From positions 1-59,071 of IMG/VR virus record IMGVR_UViG_3300043496_000120: DNA of 59,071 bases; one strand, written 5' to 3'. The notes beneath the pieces were generated by a model. It saw only the letters and a list, made by a program, of their open reading frames with translations, was not told where the DNA came from and searched no databases. This stretch comes from a virus. Both the position numbers and the translations under genes were made by a program. Below are positions 44,810 through 53,911 of this stretch, one piece after another. Each line of letters opens with the position of its first letter. Position 1 is the first letter of the stretch.

Positions 44810-45171
44810 GACACATGGGGCTGATGAGCGCGGCCGTGGCCGCACAGATCGCGCGGGAATCTGCGCAACCCGACCTGGTCTCGGAAGACGGCAGCGCGAT
44901 CGACCTGAAGACACGCTATCGCGACGTCTTCGACATCATGGCCGACGAGGTGCGCCGGCCGCGCAAAGGCAACGACGAACGCAAGCTCACGAAGGCCGAG
45001 AAAAAGCGGCTGAAGAAGCTGCGCACACGCATGAACGTGGCGATCCAGACGGGTCGCCGCATCCACGAGCTGCACGCGAAGCTGCTCGCGAACGAAAGCA
45101 ACGCCGGACCTACCGCGGGGACCATGGACGCTCCGCAAACACCGGCCACTCCCAGCGCGCAGGTGGAGTGA
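44806..45171 (+). CDS. hypothetical basic protein (121 aa)
   Basis: GTGA overlap. Confidence 0.5.
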   Translation: MRHMGLMSAAVAAQIARESAQPDLVSEDGSAIDLKTRYRDVFDIMADEVRRPRKGNDERKLTKAEKKRLKKLRTRMNVAIQTGRRIHELHAKLLANESNAGPTAGTMDAPQTPATPSAQVE

Positions 45172-45370
45172 TAACGAGGAAACAGCGCGCAACGGCAGCG
45201 GGTCCGCACTGCTTCGAGCTGGTAGCAGGTGGAACTATTTTGAAACGCCAGCACGGCAGCGGAGGAAAGGCCGCTGTGCAGCGATGGTTGTACCCCTCGG
45301 CGCGAACAAGAGCGCGCCGCGGGAAGTCGCTATAGGGCTCGTGATGCCGCCACACTGAACGGAGAATGAG

Positions 45371-45547
45371 ATGACACCGCAACAGCGTTACAAAGCGACA
45401 GTCAAGGCCGGCGGAGGTAGGATCGTCGAGCTACGGTTATCACCCGATGCGCTCGCGAAGCTGGATCGCTTGCAATCGCATCACGGAAAGAACCGGCGGG
45501 CGTTGATCGAGGTGCTGATCGCGCAAGCCGCCAAGCTACTTCAGTAA
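45371..45547 (+). CDS. ribbon-helix-helix (CopG/Arc-like) DNA-binding protein (58 aa)
   Basis: not in the track; hand translation MTPQQRYKATVKAGGGRIVELRLSPDALAKLDRL...; GGAGA RBS. Confidence 0.55.
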   Translation: MTPQQRYKATVKAGGGRIVELRLSPDALAKLDRLQSHHGKNRRALIEVLIAQAAKLLQ

Positions 45548-47920
45548 GTCACTCGTCGAGCCGGGCCGGCGCCACACGCGCGCCAGCCCGGACTCGCGGC
45601 GCTGTACATCGCGAGACCATCCGTTCGCTGACATGATCTTTCCGACCCGCATCTGCGTCGCCTTGTCGAGCTTCGACGTTTCAATAAACAGCGCACCGCT
45701 TGTGATCTCGCGCAGCGTGAACGCATCCTCGTGATTCCGCATCGGCGCACAGCACCAGTTCATCACGATGCCGTTCCACTCGTCGTGGAACTTGCGCGTT
45801 TCTCTTTCGGTCTTGACCGCCATCACAAGCTCCGACTCCTCGGGCTTGATCCACCAGTGCTGGCCGCCCTCGTACTTCTCGCGCGCCTCGGCCCACAGTT
45901 GATCTCGATCGCGGCGCAGCGCTGCGATGTCGCAGTACCGCGTGAGGATCGGCCAGAAGCGACGGTGATCGCCATCGGGCGGCAGCCACTCCTTGCGACC
46001 GTCCTTGTCCGTGTTGACCGTGCCGGCGAATACGCTCGTGCGGAACAGCCGCTCGGCGTTGCGCCTGTACGCGAGGCGCATCATCTCCTCGGTCGTCGAC
46101 AGAAAATCCTTCAGCGTTTCCCAATCGGTGCGGTTGATGCCCTCCAGCTCGCCGAACTCGATGATCCAGTTCGTAGCCGCGCACGTGGCCGCACGCCCGT
46201 CGCTCGCGCCGATGGTGCCGCGCAGTGGCGTGAACAGCTCGCCGCCCAGCACGCGCAGCAGCGACGTCTTGTAGATGCCCTCGATCCCTTCGAGCACGAG
46301 CATCGTGTCGACCTGCGTGCCAGGCTTCATGCCGCGCGCGACCGCGCTCACCATCCAGCGCTTGCCGATCTCGCGCGTGTAGAGGTTGTCGTCGGCGCCA
46401 GCGTAGGCACTGAGCCACGTGTCGAGGCGCTTCGTGCCGTCCCAATTCAGCGATCCGAGATAGTTCGCGATCGGGTTGTAGCTCCACTCCTGGGCGACGC
46501 AATCGACGGCATCGCCCATCATCTCCTTGCCCATGTGGAAGCCCATGCGATTGAACCACTGGCACATGCGCACCAGGTTCGAGTCGCGGAACTCGCCAGG
46601 CTTGTCGCCCCATGGCATCTCGCGCGCGATCTCGATCACGCCGCGCACGGAATTGAAACGGAACGCGCCCTTCAGTTCATCCATGTGGCGAAACGGAACC
46701 GCTGTGTTGTGCTCGCACTTCAGCACGCGATCCTTGTCCTCGCCGCCCAGGATCAGCTTCGTGCGCCATGGCTGGTTGCTCCAGTGCCACGGGTCGTGCT
46801 GCGGAGGCGGTCGGTCCTGGTCTTCGACGGGCTCGACCTTCGTTTCAGTCTTCGGCACGAGCACGCCGGTCTGCACGGCTGTCGGCTTATTGATCTTGCG
46901 AATGCGCTGCTGCCCATCGGGCATGACCTTCTTGATGAACTCGCGCAGCCAGGCGGCGTCGCGGTTCTCGTCTTCGACGGCGTCGGCGACGTCCCATCCC
47001 TTCGGCAGCTCAGGATCGTCGACGTTGATGAGCCACAGATCGCCGGTAATCATCGGGCCGATCTCGGCCGCGACCCACTCCATTGCCCGCCGGCCGCTTT
47101 CGTCGGCGTCGGGCCACAGGATCACGATGCCACGCCCGGCAAGCGGCTCCCAATCCGCATGCTGCACGCCGTCGTCGCCACCGGGCCAGGTGAGCACGAT
47201 CGACTCGGGCATGATCTTTTCGGCGGCGTCCTTGCACTTCTCGCCGCTCACGATCACGACGCGTTTCTGATCTGCGCCAGGCTCGCTCAGTTTCTCCAGG
47301 CCGTAGAGCGGATACGGACGTTGCCAGCGGCGACAGCGCCAGCGAACCACCTTGTCTTCAGCGCGCTCGCCCTGGGGATAGCTGCCGTATGTCCACGTGC
47401 GAATCTCTTTCTTGCCGTTCGAGTTGTCGATATAGCGGCCGACGAACCCGAGCAGATTGCCGTCGCGATCTCGATACGCCCAGGATCGTTGCGGCTTGCC
47501 GAGCGCGGGCTTGCCCTCGAAACCCTTGATCTCCATGTCGGGCATGCGGACGTCGGGCGGCACCGCGATGGCGACGTAGTCTGTCGCGCGCTTGCGGATC
47601 GGCGGCGCCTTCGCGATCGGCACGACGTTGTGCTCGCGCATGGAGCCAAGCTCCTCGCACGCCGTCTTGAAGTCGCAGCCCTTCTGGAATTGAATCCAGT
47701 CGATCGCCGTGCCGTGCGCGCCGCACCCGAAGCAATGGTAGAAGCCCTTCTCGTCGTTGATGTAGAACGACGGCGTGCGCTCCTCGTGAAACGGGCACAG
47801 CGACTTGAACTCACGGCCGTCGCGGACGATCTGCTGATCCTGGCCGATGACGTCGGACAGATTGATCGCCGCGAGTATTCGGTCGCGGTCGATGCGCGGT
47901 TTGCCGATGCCTGTACTCAC
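45536..47920 (-). CDS. bifunctional DNA primase/helicase (794 aa)
   Basis: DnaG-type CHC2 zinc finger (CPFHEERTPSFYINDEKGFYHCFGCGAHG), a central primase-like region, and a C-terminal P-loop (GIEGIYKTS) of VirE/D5 type. Confidence 0.85.
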   Translation of the reverse strand: MSTGIGKPRIDRDRILAAINLSDVIGQDQQIVRDGREFKSLCPFHEERTPSFYINDEKGFYHCFGCGAHGTAIDWIQFQKGCDFKTACEELGSMREHNVVPIAKAPPIRKRATDYVAIAVPPDVRMPDMEIKGFEGKPALGKPQRSWAYRDRDGNLLGFVGRYIDNSNGKKEIRTWTYGSYPQGERAEDKVVRWRCRRWQRPYPLYGLEKLSEPGADQKRVVIVSGEKCKDAAEKIMPESIVLTWPGGDDGVQHADWEPLAGRGIVILWPDADESGRRAMEWVAAEIGPMITGDLWLINVDDPELPKGWDVADAVEDENRDAAWLREFIKKVMPDGQQRIRKINKPTAVQTGVLVPKTETKVEPVEDQDRPPPQHDPWHWSNQPWRTKLILGGEDKDRVLKCEHNTAVPFRHMDELKGAFRFNSVRGVIEIAREMPWGDKPGEFRDSNLVRMCQWFNRMGFHMGKEMMGDAVDCVAQEWSYNPIANYLGSLNWDGTKRLDTWLSAYAGADDNLYTREIGKRWMVSAVARGMKPGTQVDTMLVLEGIEGIYKTSLLRVLGGELFTPLRGTIGASDGRAATCAATNWIIEFGELEGINRTDWETLKDFLSTTEEMMRLAYRRNAERLFRTSVFAGTVNTDKDGRKEWLPPDGDHRRFWPILTRYCDIAALRRDRDQLWAEAREKYEGGQHWWIKPEESELVMAVKTERETRKFHDEWNGIVMNWCCAPMRNHEDAFTLREITSGALFIETSKLDKATQMRVGKIMSANGWSRDVQRRESGLARVWRRPGSTSDLLK

Positions 47921-48228
47921 GGAGTCAGCGTGTTCTCGGCCCAGCGGTGAAGGGTCGAGACTGACGGCTCGATGCCGAACTCCTCTTTCAACGCGGCGCG
48001 CACCTTCGCCCAGGTGCAGCGGGCCATGCGCAGCTCGACGACGCGGCCGACGATCAGCTCGACCTTGACTGCCTTCGCGACCTTCGGATTCTTGCCAAGC
48101 TCGCCAGGGTTCGCGCGGAAGTAGCTCTGCTCGGCCTCGTCAAACTTCGCGATGACGCGATGAACGAGCGGAGGGAACGTATCCGTTTCAGGTTTCGTGT
48201 TGGGCCGCAGCCCGTAGTCAGATTTCAT
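47917..48228 (-). CDS. small HTH-like protein (103 aa)
   Basis: in-frame ATG at 48228 overlapping the helicase stop. Confidence 0.45.
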   Translation of the reverse strand: MKSDYGLRPNTKPETDTFPPLVHRVIAKFDEAEQSYFRANPGELGKNPKVAKAVKVELIVGRVVELRMARCTWAKVRAALKEEFGIEPSVSTLHRWAENTLTP

Positions 48229-49682
48229 TCGACATAACCCCTGCGGTTCGAGTACTTGGCGATGGTTTTTTGCTTCGCCTCGAACACGTGCTTCGCCCAT
48301 CCGGGTTTGTAACCCTTCGCCGCGCCGTACTCCTCGTAATCCTTGAGGGTCTGAAGCTCGCGCAGCTCGCGCTTGCGCAAGTTCCTGGCCTTGTATTCGT
48401 CCTGACTTGCCGCGTCTTTCGCGCGTTTCTTTTCGCGTTCCTCGGGCGTGATCTCGTGCAGCGTGCCGTCCTTTTGGTCCGGCCTCCCGCGTCCGCCCGC
48501 GAAAGCAGGATCGTACATCACAGTGCCACACTCGGGACACACCTTGTGCTTCTCCCTGAACGCAGCGAAGCAAGCCGGGCAGGTGAAGATCGGCGGGCTC
48601 ACCTTCTTGTGCTTGACATCGTCGAGAGACCATTCGACGACGTCATCGGGGAACCCGTGCCGTAGCGCGTTGCCCGCGTGATCCAGTATGCTCGCCGGCT
48701 GCTTGCCCTCGTACATGCGGAGGGCGCGGCCCCAAAATTGTTTGGCCTTCGTGAGTGACTTCGTCGGCGCGAGATCGCTGACGGCCTGGATGCCGGGGAT
48801 GTCGACGCCCTCGCCGGCAATGTCCACCTGCGTCATCACCTCCAGCTCGCCGCTCGCGAAGTGATCGAACGTGTCGCGCCGGTAGTGCTTGTTCGACATG
48901 CCGTCGACGTGCGCAGCGCGATAGCCCGCGTCGCGGAATTTCTGCGCCACCTCGATCGAGAACGCGACGTCAACGCAGCGAATCAAGAGACGCTGGTGGT
49001 CGCAGTGCTTCTTGTATTCGCGGATCGCGTCGCCGACGATCGTCGACTTCTTCAGCGCCTCCGCGAGCGCGGCTTTGTCGTAGTCGCCGGCAGTGATCTT
49101 GACGTCGTCGAGCACGGGCGGCGGCGGCATGAACAGCCGGTAGTCGCTCAGGTATCCGCGCTCGATCAGCCAGCGCATCTCCGGGCCGACGACCATCGCG
49201 TCATAGTGTTTGCCCAGGCCCTTGCCGTCGAGCCGCTGCGGCGTCGCTGTGAGCCCCACGTTCCACGCTTGCGGGAACATGTCGAGCATCTTGTCCCACG
49301 TCGCAGCGCGCGCGTGGTGGCACTCGTCGGGGATGATGAGCTTCGGCGGCTGGAGATACTTGAGCCGCGACATGAGCGAGCCGATGAGGATGATCTGCAC
49401 GTGGTGCCACGGGTGCATGGGCTCGTCGGCCATCACCAGGCCGTGCGGAATGCCGTACTTGCGGAACGCCTTGCCGGTTTGGTACGCCAGCTCGCGGCGA
49501 TGCACGACGAACCATCCGCTCTGCTCGCGCTTGTGCGAGCCTTCGAGCATGTAGCTCGCGATGGCCGTCTTTCCGCCGCCGGTCGGCAGCACGTACACCT
49601 GGCGGCGCACGCCGCGTTTCATGTTGGCAACGATCTTGCTGAGATCGGTGCCCTGGTAGTCGCGAAGGATGATGCTGCTCAC
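48225..49682 (-). CDS. SF2 DEAD/DEAH-box helicase with a C-terminal zinc ribbon (485 aa)
   Basis: motif I LPTGGGKT, motif II DECH, motif III TATP; CPAC...CPECG. Confidence 0.8.
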   Translation of the reverse strand: MSSIILRDYQGTDLSKIVANMKRGVRRQVYVLPTGGGKTAIASYMLEGSHKREQSGWFVVHRRELAYQTGKAFRKYGIPHGLVMADEPMHPWHHVQIILIGSLMSRLKYLQPPKLIIPDECHHARAATWDKMLDMFPQAWNVGLTATPQRLDGKGLGKHYDAMVVGPEMRWLIERGYLSDYRLFMPPPPVLDDVKITAGDYDKAALAEALKKSTIVGDAIREYKKHCDHQRLLIRCVDVAFSIEVAQKFRDAGYRAAHVDGMSNKHYRRDTFDHFASGELEVMTQVDIAGEGVDIPGIQAVSDLAPTKSLTKAKQFWGRALRMYEGKQPASILDHAGNALRHGFPDDVVEWSLDDVKHKKVSPPIFTCPACFAAFREKHKVCPECGTVMYDPAFAGGRGRPDQKDGTLHEITPEEREKKRAKDAASQDEYKARNLRKRELRELQTLKDYEEYGAAKGYKPGWAKHVFEAKQKTIAKYSNRRGYVE

Positions 49683-49768
49683 GCCCGCGGAGTCCTTTGT
49701 TGCGGGCCGGAAGCGACCCGGCTATAGTCGGGTCTCTCAAGCGACGGACTGGCCCATCCATCCATCGC

Positions 49769-49808
49769 AGCCCCGGTCGAGTTCGTCGCTCACCGGGGCT
49801 TTTTTATT
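49769..49808 (+). terminator. terminator-like hairpin oriented for the plus strand (AGCCCCGGT-14 nt-ACCGGGGCT then TTTTTATT) inside a minus-strand block
   Basis: read directly. Confidence 0.5.
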
Positions 49809-49965
49809 ACCGACGACTCTGCGCCGCCCGTGCTCGCTTCGTCAAGTCTTCACGCAGGATCGAACGAAGCGCTCGCACGCGATCCTCAAGCTCGGCGTTC
49901 TGCCGGCGGAGCCGCATGTTCTCTCGCGAGACCATGCGATACAGGCCACGCCAGACCCACGCCAT
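49807..49965 (-). CDS. small coiled-coil ORF (52 aa)
   Basis: not in the track; ATG overlaps the upstream TGA; ends in a double TAA. Confidence 0.4.
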   Translation of the reverse strand: MAWVWRGLYRMVSRENMRLRRQNAELEDRVRALRSILREDLTKRARAAQSRR

Positions 49966-50258
49966 CACGACTCGTATTCCGGCAACGAGCGCACGAACGC
50001 ATCGAGATCATCGTTTGGCGCAGAGTAGTGCAGATAACCCGGCTCGTGCGCGACGAAGTAGCGATCATTCCAGCGCGCCACCATCACGGTCTTACTCGGC
50101 TCGCGCCCCAGGTCCATGCCGATGAAACGGAGGTTGTAGAACGAGCCTACCTGGCCGGTGAAGTTCGTCGGCTTCGGCAGATCGAGCAGCGCCGGCAGCG
50201 GAAGCGCCGCGACGACGGCCGCGCTAATGGCGCTGCGAAGGAATTGTCGGCGGTTCAT
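49965..50258 (-). CDS. small exported protein with a twin-arginine signal (97 aa; alternative start 50297)
   Basis: MNRRQFLRSAISAAVVAALP matches the S/T-R-R-x-F-L-K pattern; GGAGAG RBS. Confidence 0.5.
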   Translation of the reverse strand: MNRRQFLRSAISAAVVAALPLPALLDLPKPTNFTGQVGSFYNLRFIGMDLGREPSKTVMVARWNDRYFVAHEPGYLHYSAPNDDLDAFVRSLPEYES

Positions 50259-50460
50259 CCGCGCTCTCCGTGGTGAGGGTGAAGCCTGGCGCGCCATCGA
50301 GATCGTAGCTGATCTCGCGGCACGGCGGGTGCGAGTGCTGATACATCCACACGTACATCTCGACGACCGGGGTCTCGGCCATCAGTGTCGGGTAATACTT
50401 CATGAGCGTCTTGCTCGCGCCGCACGTGTCGCACTTGATGATGATGCGATCGTTAGCCAC
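50224..50460 (-). CDS. small Cys-containing protein (78 aa)
   Basis: GTG at 50460; KCDTCG motif. Confidence 0.4.
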   Translation of the reverse strand: MANDRIIIKCDTCGASKTLMKYYPTLMAETPVVEMYVWMYQHSHPPCREISYDLDGAPGFTLTTESADEPPTIPSQRH

Positions 50461-50998
50461 TGACTGAAACGCCCTGCACTTCTTCGAGCTTGGCTTCCCA
50501 ATACTCGTCTTCGGTTTGGCCGTCTTCATTGATCGGCTCGGCGTCCGGGTCGGTCTCGCGCGACGTCGCGGTCTCGTCTTCATCCTCGACCCACGCGCTG
50601 AAGTCGATGCCCTCCAGCTCATCGGCCGCGTTCGAGCACGCCTCGGCGCGCTCTTGCAGCAGGTTACCAGTGTCGCTCTCTTGCAGCGACTCCGGCATGT
50701 TGTTGCGCTTCTCCTCCTGCTCCTCGCCCAGCTCACGCAGACTGCCGGCGATCTCGCCAACAGTTTCTTCGAGCGTGGCGTCGGCCGTCAGCTCCTCGAT
50801 CCGCTCCTCGATCTCGACCAGGCGGCCCAGGTATTCCGAGCGCGTGAGCTGCGATTGCTTCGGATAGGTCTTGCTGAAGCATCTCGTGCCCTTGCCGAAC
50901 CGATTCCGAAACGTCCAGTAGTAGTACGTGTCGCCGACAGCGATGCCAGCGGAGGGCCGCGCCTTGCGGGCGCGTTCAACCTTGTGTACGCGTGGCAT
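50453..50998 (-). CDS. hypothetical protein with an acidic C-half (181 aa)
   Basis: ORF track. Confidence 0.6.
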   Translation of the reverse strand: MPRVHKVERARKARPSAGIAVGDTYYYWTFRNRFGKGTRCFSKTYPKQSQLTRSEYLGRLVEIEERIEELTADATLEETVGEIAGSLRELGEEQEEKRNNMPESLQESDTGNLLQERAEACSNAADELEGIDFSAWVEDEDETATSRETDPDAEPINEDGQTEDEYWEAKLEEVQGVSVSG

Positions 50999-51377
50999 GG
51001 TTCGCTCCGAACTTCTTGAGCAGCGCCAGGTAGTCGGCGACGCTGTGACAAAACCCTGCGATGCCGCGAGCGTCGAGCACGCCTTGAATCTTGCGCTCCT
51101 GCTCGCGACGGTGGCGGCCGTCTTCGGCCTTCGTCTCGACCATCGTGTAAACCGGCACGAGCACTTCGCTCGATCCGTAGCCGTGGCCGCTCACGTAGCG
51201 CACCTGCGTCCAGCCGATCAGATCGCCGCTTCCCTTACCGCCGACGCCGAACGCTGTGTAGCGCACGGAGCCGTCGCGATTGAGATTCTTCGCCTTGCCG
51301 ACATTGTTGCGCATCAGGCGGTGGCCGCATTCCGTTGCGACCACCATGATGTCCCGCTGGATGTCGGTCTCACTCAT
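50976..51377 (-). CDS. VRR-NUC domain nuclease (133 aa)
   Basis: in-frame ATG at 51377; GDLIGW...VETK catalytic-type pattern. Confidence 0.6.
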   Translation of the reverse strand: MSETDIQRDIMVVATECGHRLMRNNVGKAKNLNRDGSVRYTAFGVGGKGSGDLIGWTQVRYVSGHGYGSSEVLVPVYTMVETKAEDGRHRREQERKIQGVLDARGIAGFCHSVADYLALLKKFGANHATRTQG

Positions 51378-51679
51378 CAGTGTGCGTGCTTCGGCACCGG
51401 CTTGACCGGCCCGGTCGGATCGGGCGGTATGAAATTCGCCGCGCTCACGAGCGAGACGAAGGGCGCGACGAACGTGTGGATCGGGCCAGGCAGCGGGTCT
51501 GTGCGCTGCACGTTGATGTCGACGTCGTACATCTCCAGCTTGCACGTGGTGTTGCCGGCGCCGTTGCCGCCGACGTTCATCACGTAGCTCTCGGCCTTCA
51601 CGCGGAACCAGTTCCATCCCATGCCATCGGCTGACGGAATGCCGACGATCCATTCTTTCTCGCAGCTTTTCGTTTCCAC
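51377..51679 (-). CDS. hypothetical protein (~100 aa; GTG 51679)
   Basis: GGGAGAG RBS 4 nt upstream; the upstream part of the track ORF looks non-coding. Confidence 0.45.
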   Translation of the reverse strand: METKSCEKEWIVGIPSADGMGWNWFRVKAESYVMNVGGNGAGNTTCKLEMYDVDINVQRTDPLPGPIHTFVAPFVSLVSAANFIPPDPTGPVKPVPKHAH

Positions 51680-51697
51680 TGCACTCTCCCGGTAGGA

Positions 51698-51755
51698 GGT
51701 GGGCGTCGCGCATCGAAAGCGCCTTCGGTGTAAGGAAAGGGTCGCGACGCCCACC
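51698..51755. repeat. 13-bp-stem inverted repeat GGTGGGCGTCGCG / CGCGACGCCCACC with a 32-nt loop, intergenic
   Basis: read directly. Confidence 0.8.
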
Positions 51756-51835
51756 GTTGAAACGTTGCCGGCAGAACTTTCCCGCTGCCGGCGCCGGGGC
51801 TGTGTTGCCTATCACCTGATTCCCTTAAGGAGTGG

Positions 51836-52114
51836 TCAAGTCTTCATAGGCGTCCTCCGACGTTTGGTAGCTGGTGCTGGCTTCGCTCCTGGGAGCATGT
51901 CAGCGACGGTGACTTTACCACCCGTCTCCCGCTCCAGCACTGTCGCCAGCAGCCATGAAGCGCGGCGCGTACCTTGGGCGACCTGGTAGAGATGAAACGG
52001 CGTAACATCGCCGGCCTTCGCCAATCGCTCCAGCTCGGGAGCGTTTCGCTTTTTGACGTTGCCACTGCGGGAGTAGCCGTCGCAGACCGTGAGATGCGCA
52101 AAGAGTTTATTCAT
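51836..52114 (-). CDS. Cro/YdaS-like HTH regulator (92 aa)
   Basis: in-frame ATG at 52114; HTH-like segment; position at the divergent promoter. Confidence 0.5.
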   Translation of the reverse strand: MNKLFAHLTVCDGYSRSGNVKKRNAPELERLAKAGDVTPFHLYQVAQGTRRASWLLATVLERETGGKVTVADMLPGAKPAPATKRRRTPMKT

Positions 52115-52124
52115 AGTGGGGCGG

Positions 52125-52188
52125 AGAGTAGTGGCACAAAAATATCCTGTCAACACCTATTGACACACGACGGCACAACGCCGAATAT
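52125..52188. promoter_or_regulatory. back-to-back divergent sigma70-like promoters. Rightward: TTGACA (52160-52165), 17 nt, GAATAT (52183-52188). Leftward: TTGACA (complement of 52148-52153), 17 nt, TACTCT (complement of 52125-52130). The two -35 boxes form the palindrome TGTCAA-N6-TTGACA.
   Basis: read directly; spacing counted. Confidence 0.55.
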
Positions 52189-52214
52189 CGCACCCTCACA
52201 CGGAGGAACCCGCA

Positions 52215-53282
52215 ATGCCCGAACAATCGCAAGCCCTGGCCGTCAGCGAGCCGCACTACAACCCGCTCGCGTTGATGCCCCGCACTGCCGCCGATGCGAA
52301 AGCACTCGCGCAGGACATGTCGACGTCGATGCTGATCCCGGTGCATCTCCAGAAGAAACCGGGCGACTGCCTCATGATCGTGATGCAAGCGTACCGCTGG
52401 CAGATGGACCCGTTCGTTGTCGCGAACTGCACGAGCGTCGTGCATGGTCGACTCTGCTACGAAGGCAAGCTCGTCGCCGCCGCGCTCACCACGATGAACG
52501 CGCTCGAAGGTCGCCTCGAATACGAGATCGAGGGCAAAGACGATCAGGCGTCGATCAGCATCACCGGCACGCCGCGCGGCGGCAAGCCGCAGACCATCAC
52601 TGGCACTGTCAAGGGATGGCGCACGCGCGCCTACAAAGACGGCAAAGAGATTCAGAATAATTGGGACAAAGACCCGATCTCGATGCTCGTCTACCGCGGC
52701 ACGCGCCAGTGGGCCAGGCTGTTCGCACCCGAAGCGCTGCTCGGCGTGTACACGCCCGACGAACTCGACGACACGCCGATCGACGTGGTCGCCACCACCG
52801 AGCGCGCCGTGCCGGAGATCAAGAAGGCCGAGCCGATCGTCGACGCCGAGGTGATCGAGCCGACCGCGAAGAAGGCCGAGCCCGCGAAAGCGGAGCCGAA
52901 GAAGGCGGCCCCTACGAAGGCCGAGCCGGCGGCCGCGCAGCAGCAATCGCAGCCCTCTCCCTCGTCGCCTTCGTCAACGGCCCCTGCCGCGACGCAGGAG
53001 ACGGCAGCAGCGGCGACCGGCTCTGGAAGCGACCTTCCGTTCGACGCGCCTGACGCCGCGCAGACGGCCGCTCCTGCGGCCACAGAGGCACCGGCCGAGA
53101 CGGCCAGCACGACCGATCGCGGCGAGCCCCTGACCGAGAGCATGACCCGCGTGCTCGAATCCCGGCGCACGGGCGTCAAGGTCTCGAAGGAACAGCTCGC
53201 GGCCAAGTATCCGAACGGCATCGGCCTGGGCAATTTGAACGAGGCCCTGAAGTGGCTGGAGGATAAGAGGGCCGCCGGGTGA
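52215..53282 (+). CDS. single-strand annealing protein (RecT/Red-beta-like), 355 aa
   Basis: RecT-like core followed by a low-complexity A/P/E/K tail; GGAGG RBS; paired with an exonuclease. Confidence 0.6.
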   Translation: MPEQSQALAVSEPHYNPLALMPRTAADAKALAQDMSTSMLIPVHLQKKPGDCLMIVMQAYRWQMDPFVVANCTSVVHGRLCYEGKLVAAALTTMNALEGRLEYEIEGKDDQASISITGTPRGGKPQTITGTVKGWRTRAYKDGKEIQNNWDKDPISMLVYRGTRQWARLFAPEALLGVYTPDELDDTPIDVVATTERAVPEIKKAEPIVDAEVIEPTAKKAEPAKAEPKKAAPTKAEPAAAQQQSQPSPSSPSSTAPAATQETAAAATGSGSDLPFDAPDAAQTAAPAATEAPAETASTTDRGEPLTESMTRVLESRRTGVKVSKEQLAAKYPNGIGLGNLNEALKWLEDKRAAG

Positions 53283-53911
53283 CAACCTTCAGCTTCGACG
53301 ATCCACGCGTCGCCTACGACGACGAGACGCACACGTACCGGGCGAACATGCCCGGCACGTTGCAAGGGTCGCGGCTGCCGAGCGTGACCGAGATCATCAA
53401 GCCGCTGCTGCCGGCGGAGGTGACGAAGTACTTCACGCCCGAGTCGCGCGACCGAGGCAAGCGCGTGCATCGCATGGTGCAGCTCGACATCGAAGGGCGC
53501 CTCGACATCGCGGCGCTCGACGATGAGCTGATGTCGTACTACGAAGGCTGGCAAAACTTCCGCCTGGGCGCCGATTTCAAACCGGAGCTGGTCGAGCAGA
53601 TCGTCATGGATTCGGCGCAGTACTATGCCGGCCGGCTCGATCTGTACGGCAAGCTCGACGGGTATCCCGCGCTGATCGACATCAAGACCGGCGTGGTCGA
53701 CCTGCGCAGTGCTGGCCCGCAGACGGCCGGCTATCTCAGCGCCGCGGCGTATGAGGGTCTGATGCCATTCACGACGCGCCGTTTCGTCCTGGATTTGAAA
53801 CCAGGTCGCGCGAGCCTATCGAAAGAATTGACGAGCAAGATGGACAAGCAGAGTTTCTTCGCCTGCTACCACATCTACCGTCGCAACCGTGGAGACTTCG
53901 ACAATGAGTAA
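53279..53911 (+). CDS. PD-(D/E)XK exonuclease (210 aa)
   Basis: D...(LIDIK) catalytic pattern; GTGA overlap with the annealase gene. Confidence 0.6.
   Translation: MTTFSFDDPRVAYDDETHTYRANMPGTLQGSRLPSVTEIIKPLLPAEVTKYFTPESRDRGKRVHRMVQLDIEGRLDIAALDDELMSYYEGWQNFRLGADFKPELVEQIVMDSAQYYAGRLDLYGKLDGYPALIDIKTGVVDLRSAGPQTAGYLSAAAYEGLMPFTTRRFVLDLKPGRASLSKELTSKMDKQSFFACYHIYRRNRGDFDNE

Noticed and set aside
45172-45370. Possible tRNA or small RNA gene in the 199-nt gap before the ribbon-helix-helix gene
   Set aside because: Only short hairpins are present (CAGCGG/CCGCTG, GGCGCG/CGCGCC). There is no cloverleaf, no T-loop GTTCRANNC-like sequence and no terminator.
45731-47950. 739-aa plus-strand ORF antisense to the primase gene. 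Similar long ORFs occur at 24457..25923, 33861..35639, 16016..17158, 20074..20967, 3396..4475 (minus strand, wrong frame) and many others in the track.
   Set aside because: They are Arg/Ala/Leu/His-rich with no motifs, and they lie antisense to or out of frame with ORFs that carry clear family motifs and RBS/overlap logic. Long spurious ORFs of this kind are typical of GC-rich DNA.
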